A stretch of DNA of 64,000 nt, from IMG/VR virus record IMGVR_UViG_3300049988_000124, positions 96,001-160,000 of that record; one strand, given 5' to 3'. Every line of letters starts with the position of its first letter. The stretch's first letter is position 1. The position numbers were made by a program, and so were the translations under genes. The DNA is from a virus (Duplodnaviria > Caudoviricetes). Below, one piece after another: positions 8,198-16,355 of the stretch. The notes beneath the pieces were generated by a model. The model was not told the origin of the DNA. It searched no databases and saw nothing but the letters and a program-made list of their open reading frames with translations.

Positions 8198-8675
8198 GAT
8201 TGAATCCTTTGGGTGGTTTGGACCAGTCGAGGCGTGGTGTGCCCCACTGGACGAACAGCGTATTTCTACGCATGGGGGTAAGAACAGCAGCGAGGACCTT
8301 GTCCATCTGCTGGCACTGGGTACGGCTGATGCCGTGGAGACCGATCGCGATGAGGTTCGGCATGAAGTTCTCGTTCATGGCGAAATAGTCAGCGAGCCGG
8401 TTCATGACCTGGAAGCCGTTCAGGCTGCGAGGTCCAAATGATGTGTCAAATGACAGGTGAGTGATCTGCTCCAGAACTCCTGTGTCTGAGTCCAGTAGCT
8501 TCAAGAACTCCTCTGGTGTTCGCATCACCGTCCAGCCCTCTGGACAAGGACGCGACGTATCGACGTAGATCCTAGCGGGTCCGTCGAGGGGGATAGTGAG
8601 AATCTCAGGCCTGGTCTTGGAGAGGAACTTATCTGAGGCAGGTCCTGCACGCTTGGGTTGCTTGCCAATCTTCAT
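8139..8675 (-). CDS. Cyclic-phosphate-processing receiver-like domain protein (degenerate copy)
   Basis: IYVDTSRPCPEGWTVMRTPEEFLKLL..ITHLSFDTSFG..NGFQV; paralog of the adjacent gene, with DD changed to DT. Confidence 0.65.
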   Translation of the reverse strand: MKIGKQPKRAGPASDKFLSKTRPEILTIPLDGPARIYVDTSRPCPEGWTVMRTPEEFLKLLDSDTGVLEQITHLSFDTSFGPRSLNGFQVMNRLADYFAMNENFMPNLIAIGLHGISRTQCQQMDKVLAAVLTPMRRNTLFVQWGTPRLDWSKPPKGFNHAKRPVRYVDRTYKGPEGG

Positions 8676-8700
8676 GGATGATACTCTTTTTTGTGAAAAG

Positions 8701-9240
8701 TTACAGAGACGGGGTACCGATGCGAAGACGAATGTTGTCGCGGTGAGAGAATTCGAGGATTTCCTCGAGGCTGCGACGCATCTTCTTGGCCTGATCGAGG
8801 TCTGAGCTATGAAAGCTCACGACCTTCAGATTGGGCATGTACGGTTGATTGTCGCAGTCGCCGTTGAAGATCATCTGACCAAGAACACCCACTGCTTCGT
8901 GCCCAGTCACCTGATCGCGGTGACCCAAGTACCAGTCGAGGGAAATGTGGGAGACCTGGTCGAGGAACTCTTTGTCCCGCTCGAGCATTTCCTTGAATTG
9001 CCAGAACGTTGTGCACAGCGTCCAGCCCGGCGGGCAGGGCCGCTCGTCGTCCAGGTAGATCTTGATCGAATTGGGAGAATTGTCAGGAACCTCGTCCATG
9101 ACAGATTCGTATACCGGGGCGGGTCGGTACTGGGCTGGACGATCATGAAGACCTACCTGATACTCGCGGTTAGCGCGGGCCTGGAGACCTTTGGCCGAGG
9201 GTTTGTGCCACTTGTTCTTCGGGGGTGGTTTCAACTTCAT
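8701..9240 (-). CDS. Cyclic-phosphate-processing receiver-like domain protein
   Basis: KIYLDDERPCPPGWTLC..F..ML..VSHISLDWYLG..TGHEAV..VSFHSSD matches the cREC family signature as recalled. Confidence 0.75.
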   Translation of the reverse strand: MKLKPPPKNKWHKPSAKGLQARANREYQVGLHDRPAQYRPAPVYESVMDEVPDNSPNSIKIYLDDERPCPPGWTLCTTFWQFKEMLERDKEFLDQVSHISLDWYLGHRDQVTGHEAVGVLGQMIFNGDCDNQPYMPNLKVVSFHSSDLDQAKKMRRSLEEILEFSHRDNIRLRIGTPSL

Positions 9241-9521
9241 GGTAGATATCCTTTCTTATCTAAGTTGGGATAATTCCCGTAGTGGGTGACTTGGTACGTT
9301 TCGTTCTCGCAGTGGATCAAGAAGCGGTCAGGATCACGGTCGTCGATACCGATAACCCGACCAGTCTGAATAATGCTGCTCTTACCCTTCCTGGGAACAG
9401 TGCGAACATACATCACCGAGATCATCTCATTCTGATCATCCCGGAGACCCAGACGACGACGATCTTTCTTGCTGTACCGCTGAACCTTGGCGTAGCGGTA
9501 GTCGGGTTGGATGTCGATCAT
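9237..9521 (-). CDS. Hypothetical protein
   Basis: 94 aa, ATGA-coupled. Confidence 0.65.
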   Translation of the reverse strand: MIDIQPDYRYAKVQRYSKKDRRRLGLRDDQNEMISVMYVRTVPRKGKSSIIQTGRVIGIDDRDPDRFLIHCENETYQVTHYGNYPNLDKKGYLP

Positions 9522-9751
9522 GTCTGATCTTTTTTGCCGAAAGGAGGGATGGGGGAGGGAAGATTCATGCCGTGAGCATCCAGACGCTTCATGAAGTAGG
9601 TGATGTCACGGTCAGCATCTTCGTAGTCCTTCTCAGGTCCCTTGGAGTGACAACCGTGACGGCATTTGAAGAACCCACCGATGCCGTGCTCACAAAACTT
9701 ACGCATTCTCCGCAGCCGTTTCCTTGAGCAAGAAAAGAGCCTGCTCTTCAC
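9518..9751 (-). CDS. Small Cys/His-containing protein
   Basis: 77 aa, CEHG...CRHGCH cluster. Confidence 0.55.
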   Translation of the reverse strand: MKSRLFSCSRKRLRRMRKFCEHGIGGFFKCRHGCHSKGPEKDYEDADRDITYFMKRLDAHGMNLPSPIPPFGKKDQT

Positions 9752-10310
9752 GAAGCTTTGAAAGCGACTCGTTGTTCATTCCGTCCCAAGTGGTGTCGTC
9801 GTAGTTCCAGACGATGTTTTCCTTAACAACACTCGTGATCGAGATGATCTTGGTGTCGGCATTTCGGTAATACGGACTAGGATAGACAGGAGGATCGACA
9901 GGAAGCGTTGGTGGATTCAGGATCATGAACTTGGATGGAATGACGCTCAAGTTAGTATCTACACCATTCCAATATTCAGAAGAGAACCGAACATCACTGT
10001 TCTCATGGTGACGATAAAGATAATCGAATATGAAAATATCTGGATCGCCAATATAGCCGTCATCTTGAATGACCCCGTATAGAAGGATCTTCTCAGGTCC
10101 CTCATATCCCTCGAACAGTGGGAGAGACAAGAAATACTTTTTGTCGAACTTATCGATGGGGAGCCAAACGTCGCGCGCGACATCGGGCATCAACGGAGCC
10201 TTTGGTGCTGCTTCTTTTTTCTTCCTGGCGTCTGTCGCTAGGTAATCCAATCCTGCAGCACGAATCTCACCAGCAAGGCGAATTGCATCCAATCTAGATT
10301 GATCAGTCAT
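9699..10310 (-). CDS. Hypothetical protein, first gene after an early-promoter motif
   Basis: ORF track starts at 10376; the likely start is MTDQSR at 10310 with ACAGGAG SD. Confidence 0.7.
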   Translation of the reverse strand: MTDQSRLDAIRLAGEIRAAGLDYLATDARKKKEAAPKAPLMPDVARDVWLPIDKFDKKYFLSLPLFEGYEGPEKILLYGVIQDDGYIGDPDIFIFDYLYRHHENSDVRFSSEYWNGVDTNLSVIPSKFMILNPPTLPVDPPVYPSPYYRNADTKIISITSVVKENIVWNYDDTTWDGMNNESLSKLREEQALFLLKETAAENA

Positions 10311-10351
10311 GTTGTTATCTCCTGTGATTTGAACGCAGATACACACTGCTG

Positions 10352-10370
10352 CATCAAGTGAGTGATATAG
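10352..10370 (-). promoter_or_regulatory. phiKZ-type early promoter candidate
   Basis: Minus strand CTATATCAC-TCACTT-GATG, intergenic; resembles the phiKZ early TATATTAC core. Confidence 0.65.
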
Positions 10371-10452
10371 GGACAAAGCTTTTTGAGGTCGGTTACTCAG
10401 ACGATATCAATAGCTAGGGTATAAACAATGTACAAAAAACAAAAGGAATGAA

Positions 10453-10482
10453 TAGAGAGGAGGGCAATTGCCCTCCTCTCTA
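10453..10482. terminator. GA-arm inverted repeat / terminator
   Basis: Perfect 30-bp palindrome TAGAGAGGAGGGCAATTGCCCTCCTCTCTA directly after the 10485 stop, with a T-rich tail on the minus strand. Confidence 0.8.
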
Positions 10483-10484
10483 CC

Positions 10485-11093
10485 TTAGTCATCGAGCTGC
10501 GGAACAACGAGGGTGAGATCATCACCGCATTTATTGGCGATGAGGTTGAGACCTTTGTCGACGCCGCCTATCCCGCCTTGGGAAGCAGCAAACTCCTGGT
10601 GGTCACCCTCGAAGAAGATAAACACATTGTCACCGTGGATACCGTGCTGCTGCCAGTGGAACTTACCAAAGCGTGTTTCCACTAACCAGTCACCATTGTA
10701 ATAGTCGGTGAACTGTCCCATCTCGCCTGAGATCTTCTCGATGCCAATGATCTTGACGAACTCCGCTGCTGGAATCCTGCTCTTGAAGATTCGTTCGGTA
10801 GTCGTCAGTGCCTCGAGATATTCCGGTGATCGGGTAATTGCCGCCTGCTCCCAGGTAAGGGTGGACTCCTGAACACGGACCTCTACGGTACCGTCGGTGT
10901 CCTTCTCCTCTTCAAGGTCGAGGGTCGGGGAGGATCGATAGAGAAGCTCGGCTACTTCTCCCATGGTCCAACCCTCAATGGGGCTAGTGGAAGTAGTGCC
11001 GATGACTTTTAATTTTCCGAGTGCTGCATTACCTTGAGTAAAACCGATGGCATCATCAAGACCTGCTTTCATCATCTCGAATGCTTTGGTCAT
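10485..11093 (-). CDS. Hypothetical protein
   Basis: About 202 aa, AGGAG SD, own promoter and terminator; N-terminus MTKAFEMMKAGLDDAI resembles the N-terminal helix of some HTH/antitoxin-like proteins. Confidence 0.7.
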   Translation of the reverse strand: MTKAFEMMKAGLDDAIGFTQGNAALGKLKVIGTTSTSPIEGWTMGEVAELLYRSSPTLDLEEEKDTDGTVEVRVQESTLTWEQAAITRSPEYLEALTTTERIFKSRIPAAEFVKIIGIEKISGEMGQFTDYYNGDWLVETRFGKFHWQQHGIHGDNVFIFFEGDHQEFAASQGGIGGVDKGLNLIANKCGDDLTLVVPQLDD

Positions 11094-11137
11094 AAACACT
11101 ACTCCTAAGCTTACACGCGACCTAAATAACGCGCCTT

Positions 11138-11156
11138 CATCACTTTAGTGATATAG
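11138..11156 (-). promoter_or_regulatory. phiKZ-type early promoter candidate
   Basis: Minus strand CTATATCAC-TAAAGT-GATG. Confidence 0.65.
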
Positions 11157-11174
11157 CGTCACAGGCGTGATGAT

Positions 11175-11342
11175 TTATTTCCCGAACAGTTTCTTCTTGC
11201 GCTTCTTCTCAGCCCGTTTCTCATGACGATTGAGAGGTTTACCAAAGGGTGAGTAAGTTCGCTCATTCCCTGGGATCGCTTGATTGTTTTGTGTCAGGAG
11301 AGTCTCACTTGACCCAAAGTTCCACGTCGTTCGTTGACCCAT
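11175..11342 (-). CDS. Small protein with Lys/Arg-rich tail (not in ORF track)
   Basis: Hand translation MGQRTTWNFGSSETLLTQNNQAIPGNERTYSPFGKPLNRHEKRAEKKRKKKLFGK (55 aa); ATAGGAG SD; fills the gap between genes. Confidence 0.6.
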   Translation of the reverse strand: MGQRTTWNFGSSETLLTQNNQAIPGNERTYSPFGKPLNRHEKRAEKKRKKKLFGK

Positions 11343-11354
11343 GGTGCAGAGCTC

Positions 11355-12167
11355 CTATTCTTCTTCGACCCCGCGATCACCGTCGCGCAGACGATGTTCG
11401 AACTGCTCACGTGACTCAGGGTTCATGTGCGCTTTCTTACATCCCTTCAAGTAGAAGTGATGCCAGCGCTCTCTCACGACTGGGATGGGATGATGAAAAC
11501 CGAGCACAGCTGCTGCGTGAAGGAAGTGGAGGATGAAGTGGCTGTTATACTCATCCCACCGACTGTAGAAACGAGCTTGCGTTTGATCCCACAAGTCAGC
11601 ACTGGCGAGAAGATCCATCCGCATGAACAGATCATGTTCGTAATGCTGACCCAGGTCCATGGGCTTGCCATCGATCCCGGAGTTCATCACACAGGCACGA
11701 AATGATCGAAGGGTATCCTTACAAGGGTGCTCCTTGTAAAAGCCGTCAGGGCCTCTTAAACCAAGGATAAGGACACCTTGCTGACGCCTAGTGATCTGAC
11801 CCACCCAATCCTGGAGAACGGGAATAGCGCTGGACGTATTAGCAGCAGGCTTCATGATCTCGTTCATCATGAGGAACCACTCGCGCTGAGCCGCTGTCTT
11901 GACTTCGTCATCGATAGCGGCGTCTACGATCTCACTCCAAGGACTAGTAATTACGTGACCATGCGCGCAACACGAGTAGCGTCCCTGTTTCCGATTGTCG
12001 CTGGTGAAATAGTCAGCATCGCGACCACAAACGGGGCACTTGGGTGTCTTGTGTGCATTAGCGAACATTGCTACGACGTTGTCGAGGTTCTGCTCGTCTT
12101 CTGGTGTAAACTCTCTGGCCAAGTTTCCAACGGTAACAGAGCCACCTAGATAAAGTTTATCGGACAT
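11355..12167 (-). CDS. Zinc-finger plus conserved His-rich phage domain protein
   Basis: CPVC..CCAHGH N-terminal region; C-terminal VLQDWV..QQGVL..LRGPDG..HFILHFLHAAAVLGFHHP..W..FY..HMNPES resembles an uncharacterised phage family. Confidence 0.7.
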   Translation of the reverse strand: MSDKLYLGGSVTVGNLAREFTPEDEQNLDNVVAMFANAHKTPKCPVCGRDADYFTSDNRKQGRYSCCAHGHVITSPWSEIVDAAIDDEVKTAAQREWFLMMNEIMKPAANTSSAIPVLQDWVGQITRRQQGVLILGLRGPDGFYKEHPCKDTLRSFRACVMNSGIDGKPMDLGQHYEHDLFMRMDLLASADLWDQTQARFYSRWDEYNSHFILHFLHAAAVLGFHHPIPVVRERWHHFYLKGCKKAHMNPESREQFEHRLRDGDRGVEEE

Positions 12168-12230
12168 GACTTAGGGTATCCTTTATCTTTAGTCATAGCT
12201 TCACGCTGAACAAAAACGAAATAATAGAAA

Positions 12231-12260
12231 GGAGTGAGGGTATTACCCCTCACCCCCCTC
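12231..12260. terminator. Imperfect hairpin terminator
   Basis: GTGAGGGT-ATT-ACCCCTCAC after the 12268 stop, T-rich tail on the minus strand. Confidence 0.55.
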
Positions 12261-12267
12261 GATTGTG

Positions 12268-12990
12268 TTAAAACAACTTAACGATGTCACCTACGTTGAC
12301 GACGATGATGAGCCAGAGTAAAATAATGGTACTGACACCCTTCGCGACCACGGTCACTTTGTGTGTCGACCATTTGTTATTCACCCATGACACGGTGTCA
12401 ACAACGATTCGTCCACCATCGAGTGGAAAAAGAGGAATGAGGTTAAAGATACCCAGACCAACGTTGAGAGCAAATAATGACAAGATGAACGTAATGAGGA
12501 GTCCATCTTTTTTCGTTACCTCCCCTAGCACATCATTCGACTGTACTATTCCTGCCAACTCATGCGCCGGATCGGGCGGAATGAGATGAAAGAAGTCAAT
12601 GGATCGACCAAGGGATTTCACGATGGCAACTATGGTGTCGATGTACAAACCCCATCCTGCGGACAGAGTAGCGACAACTCCCAGTATTGGGAAAGTAAGG
12701 AGCATGATGGGAATGAGATTAAACACAGGTCCTGCTAGGGACACCACAATCCGCTTCCATGGATGCTTCTTCTCCAAGCTTTCCACGTCCATGCTGACGT
12801 AACCACCAAGAGGAATTGCTCTCAGGGACCAGTCGTTCTTGACTCCCTTGTGGGTGATCAAGCTGGGACCAAAGCCCACGTTGAAGGAATCAACTTTGAT
12901 CCCGAACACGCGGCACGCCAAGAGGTGACCTAGCTCATGCCAGGCCACAACCAGGAGTACGGCGAAGAGAAAAACAACGGTTGACAACAT
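12268..12990 (-). CDS. M50 family site-2 intramembrane zinc protease (RseP-like, no PDZ)
   Basis: WHELGH, FNVGFGP, LRAIPLGGYV, SLAGPVFNL and NLIPLFPLDGGRI, with several TM segments. Confidence 0.92.
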   Translation of the reverse strand: MLSTVVFLFAVLLVVAWHELGHLLACRVFGIKVDSFNVGFGPSLITHKGVKNDWSLRAIPLGGYVSMDVESLEKKHPWKRIVVSLAGPVFNLIPIMLLTFPILGVVATLSAGWGLYIDTIVAIVKSLGRSIDFFHLIPPDPAHELAGIVQSNDVLGEVTKKDGLLITFILSLFALNVGLGIFNLIPLFPLDGGRIVVDTVSWVNNKWSTHKVTVVAKGVSTIILLWLIIVVNVGDIVKLF

Positions 12991-12994
12991 TCGC

Positions 12995-13747
12995 CTACTC
13001 CTTTAGTGGCTTCATCAGCTGACCAGGCTCACCGGCACCAAAGTTATTGGCATCGAATTTGGGGCTAGCCTCGACCATCACTCGAAACAGTTCCACTGCG
13101 ACTTCCCTTGCGCTATCGGCTGGGAAATTACGATGCTCTGCCAGGAACTTCTCTCCAGCATCGAGCATCGCTTGCGGTAGAACACTGTTGCTGGGTTTCA
13201 GTGCTGTGTTGTCAACGGCCACGACTTTGAACTGCGTCTTGCGATCAACGGAAGGGGCGGTGATCATGTGCATCTCACTTGCGGGGATACCATGGCTGAA
13301 CCGCTCAGCCATTGACTTAAAGAACGCCGACGACTTAGCCTTCTCCTTCATCTGCTTGATGTCGGGATTGAGCATTTCCACCGAGGGCATTCCGAAACAC
13401 TCACGAACAACCGCTGCGATCAGGTTGAGATTCGTGATAACGAATCCAGCCTTGGTACCTTCACCGTAGATCACGATGGCCATCAAGCAGTTCATTTCAC
13501 GCGAGTAATAAGGCTCGGAATGAATGTCCCGTACGAAAGTGATCACTTCGCTACACACTACTCGCAGCTTGTCGAAGTTCCAACCAGTGTACGGGTTGAT
13601 CTGCTGGCATGCAAGGAAACGGTGGAGGATGTCCCTAGCGCGTGCTTGTTTAGTGGTATCGAGGAATTCAACACTACCCTTTAGATTACCGGTAAGAAGA
13701 TAATGCAATCCGGGGAAAGTGAAGCTCTTAAATGCGGTGTCGGTCAT
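12995..13747 (-). CDS. Hypothetical protein
   Basis: 250 aa, ATGA-coupled. Confidence 0.7.
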   Translation of the reverse strand: MTDTAFKSFTFPGLHYLLTGNLKGSVEFLDTTKQARARDILHRFLACQQINPYTGWNFDKLRVVCSEVITFVRDIHSEPYYSREMNCLMAIVIYGEGTKAGFVITNLNLIAAVVRECFGMPSVEMLNPDIKQMKEKAKSSAFFKSMAERFSHGIPASEMHMITAPSVDRKTQFKVVAVDNTALKPSNSVLPQAMLDAGEKFLAEHRNFPADSAREVAVELFRVMVEASPKFDANNFGAGEPGQLMKPLKE

Positions 13748-14460
13748 GATTTGCTACCTTTCGGTTTTCGCTTAAGCGGAAGGTCTGGTAGATGGGGCTC
13801 ACCAGGTAAGTCCACCCGACCAGTGATGAAGCAAGCAGTGATCCAACTAACATGGTCAAGGTGATACTTAACCAGAGGAATATTCTCCTCCATGCTCGCT
13901 AATTCAAGATCAACTACTAACTGAGCTAGAAGAAACTCGAGTGCCCTGAGGGGAGGATCCCATTGACGACACATGACGAGTACGTGACCAATCTCCATCT
14001 TAACTTCTTCGGAATAGAGAAACATCCCGAAATAATCATCGATAGAGACTTTCTGAACTTTCTCTTGGAGTGACTTAAGAGCAAGTCTTAGATCTTCCAT
14101 GAGGTAGTTCACGACAGATTTGCTGTAGTCACGACCCGCCATCCGAGATGACAGGACGTGCAAGAAATTGTCTCCGTGGCATCCAATCACGCGCTTGGGT
14201 TGTTTACACCAGCAAGCAAGGTCACGTCCTCCCAGGTCCGCTCGCAATTGAGGAAGCCTGAGAGGATCGTCGATCAGTGACCGGTAGAGGTCGATGCGAT
14301 GAAGAGCAATACATTCCTCCCTTGTCCGTTTACCGGAGGTAGAGGAATGAGGATTCCCGAAGGGGGAGGGTCGTCCAATATAGACGGTATTAGGGGGAAG
14401 TTTGTCAGGCCCACCGAACCAGTGAGCATTGACTACCTTGGGGACATGCTCTTCTGACAC
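13744..14460 (-). CDS. DUF4326-like domain protein with helical C-terminal domain
   Basis: VYIGRPSPFGNP ... LGGRDLACWC ... CHGD signature. Confidence 0.8.
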   Translation of the reverse strand: MSEEHVPKVVNAHWFGGPDKLPPNTVYIGRPSPFGNPHSSTSGKRTREECIALHRIDLYRSLIDDPLRLPQLRADLGGRDLACWCKQPKRVIGCHGDNFLHVLSSRMAGRDYSKSVVNYLMEDLRLALKSLQEKVQKVSIDDYFGMFLYSEEVKMEIGHVLVMCRQWDPPLRALEFLLAQLVVDLELASMEENIPLVKYHLDHVSWITACFITGRVDLPGEPHLPDLPLKRKPKGSKS

Positions 14461-14466
14461 ATCGTA

Positions 14467-14673
14467 TTACCTCATGTCCTCAGTTGACAGCGTTCTGAAA
14501 CCTGCAGGGATATCCTCAACGAAACTGGCCTCGCCACCAACCTCGATGCAAGCACCAGTCGGTAGATTGAACTGATCGAATCCTCCGAGCATCAGTCCTC
14601 CATCATCGATTGCGATGCTGTGACTGTCGTCAATCATAGCGAGCCATTTCTTAAGTTGCGCTGCGTTGATCAT
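14467..14673 (-). CDS. Small hypothetical protein
   Basis: 68 aa, GAGAGG SD. Confidence 0.6.
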   Translation of the reverse strand: MINAAQLKKWLAMIDDSHSIAIDDGGLMLGGFDQFNLPTGACIEVGGEASFVEDIPAGFRTLSTEDMR

Positions 14674-14685
14674 CGTGCTATCCTC

Positions 14686-15477
14686 TCAGTTCTTGCCCGA
14701 GATCCCTTCTGCGAAAGCCGTGGCGTTGAAGCCCGATCCGATCATCTTCAGGGTCATCTCATTGTGCAGACGCTCCTGGGCACCCTTGGCGTACTTCCAG
14801 TAACTCTGCACTAGCTCAGAGTCCGGGTACTGGTAGAAGTGTGCCTTTCCTTCGCTGAACTCACTGGAGAGCGCATCGTTGAAGTCAGAGTCACGCACCA
14901 AGGCGTTCATGGACTCCACGAACTCACCGCGAGGATCGTTCAGAACGTCGGTGAACCGGTAGAGGTCAGCTGGATCGAGCTTGTCGTTGGCAGCAAGAGC
15001 CACCATGATCTTCAACGTCATGATGAGCTTGTGAACGCGTGCGTCGTTCTGCTTACCCCAGCGCTTGCGGTAGGGCAGCTTCTCCACGATACCACCCTCA
15101 ACTTCAACGGGGGCAATGTACGCATCCATCAGCGTTTCGCGCGCATGACTCATCCAGTAAGGCACCAGGAGCTGCATGATGGTTGCATTGATCTTCTGAT
15201 ACGCGTCAAAGAAGTCACGGTAGAAGTTGAGCTCTTCTTGCGTCTCAGTACCGATGAAAGGAATGAACCGAGCAACCATGGTACCAGTCTTCGTGACTTC
15301 GAGTCGCATGTCCTCGAAGTCCTGGTAACCGCGAGAACCGATCATCCCGCTGACGAGCTCGTGCTTCCACGCCTCGATGATCTCATCCATGAACCGCTGT
15401 CGCCGCGTGAGCACTTTGTAGGCGAAACGATCGAGGGGAGCGGGGTACTTCACGTTGAATACTTCAGAGCGCTTCAT
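14686..15477 (-). CDS. Hypothetical helical protein downstream of an early-promoter motif
   Basis: 263 aa ORF with phage-like codon usage. Confidence 0.75.
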   Translation of the reverse strand: MKRSEVFNVKYPAPLDRFAYKVLTRRQRFMDEIIEAWKHELVSGMIGSRGYQDFEDMRLEVTKTGTMVARFIPFIGTETQEELNFYRDFFDAYQKINATIMQLLVPYWMSHARETLMDAYIAPVEVEGGIVEKLPYRKRWGKQNDARVHKLIMTLKIMVALAANDKLDPADLYRFTDVLNDPRGEFVESMNALVRDSDFNDALSSEFSEGKAHFYQYPDSELVQSYWKYAKGAQERLHNEMTLKMIGSGFNATAFAEGISGKN

Positions 15478-15513
15478 GATGTAAACCCTTTCGTGTTAAA
15501 AACCAACCAAGTC

Positions 15514-15529
15514 CATCTGGGTAATATAA
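15514..15529 (-). promoter_or_regulatory. phiKZ-type early promoter candidate
   Basis: Minus strand TTATATTAC-CCAGAT-G in the divergent intergenic gap. Confidence 0.6.
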
Positions 15530-15542
15530 CGTTGATTAGCCG

Positions 15543-16046
15543 ATGGATCTGAAAAACAATAGACATTGGCGTAATATCTATAGAGTGACTTCGACAAGAT
15601 CAACAATTTCATTCGCCCATTACCTCGTTTCAACAAGAAAGGTGTTGTTTCCCATGCTAGATGGTTACCGCGTATCCCGCACCGATGATCGCAATCACCA
15701 GGTCGCTGTTGGTAGTGACAGCCACGTCATTCACCTGACCAACGATCAGAAGCAGTATGTCAGCTTCGTTGTTTGTCCAGACGTACCAGACTTTGAGCAG
15801 TCCGTCTCCTCCAAGGTCATCTTCGCGACGCCAATTGGTCGCCTGGTTCTCGACAGCAACGTTGTTCTAGCGCCTGAAGCATTTGAGCAGATCAAAGACT
15901 TTGATTACAGTTTTTTTCGACACACTGACAAGTCACCCACCACAGTAGTACTGCCTCCCACTGTTGACCGTATTGGTCTGGAGGTCTTTAGTGACGACAA
16001 GGGCCGCACCTGGTCTGTTAACAACCTGACGCTCTTTCACGACTAA
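15543..16046 (+). CDS. Hypothetical protein (lone plus-strand gene)
   Basis: 167 aa, ends just before the convergent hairpin at 16058. Confidence 0.6.
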   Translation: MDLKNNRHWRNIYRVTSTRSTISFAHYLVSTRKVLFPMLDGYRVSRTDDRNHQVAVGSDSHVIHLTNDQKQYVSFVVCPDVPDFEQSVSSKVIFATPIGRLVLDSNVVLAPEAFEQIKDFDYSFFRHTDKSPTTVVLPPTVDRIGLEVFSDDKGRTWSVNNLTLFHD

Positions 16047-16057
16047 ACGATAAGGAA

Positions 16058-16087
16058 TAGAGAGGAGGGCTGATGCCCTCCTCTCTA
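16058..16087. terminator. Bidirectional GA-arm hairpin
   Basis: TAGAGAGGAGGGC-TGAT-GCCCTCCTCTCTA between convergent genes. Confidence 0.8.
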
Positions 16088-16106
16088 CTCATCTACTCAC
16101 TGGTGT

Positions 16107-16346
16107 TTACGACTTGGTACGCAGTTGAACGACCCAACCAGGATTACCCAGCGGATTCGTTGCGGGCTGAACCACCACGCCGTTGTAGGACAGGTAAGAC
16201 TTCACCTCGAGTTTGTCCCAGCCATCCTGAGCTTTCATCCAGGTATAGCAGGCATCGATCACTGATGACTCAGCAACCGCGACCACGGTCATGTCAAGCT
16301 TCGCAGCCTGGACCTGGTCGATCTTGGTAAGCAGATCGGGCTTCAT
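16107..16346 (-). CDS. Small hypothetical protein following the tailspike
   Basis: 79 aa, AAGGA SD. Confidence 0.65.
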   Translation of the reverse strand: MKPDLLTKIDQVQAAKLDMTVVAVAESSVIDACYTWMKAQDGWDKLEVKSYLSYNGVVVQPATNPLGNPGWVVQLRTKS

Positions 16347-16355
16347 GACTTATCC

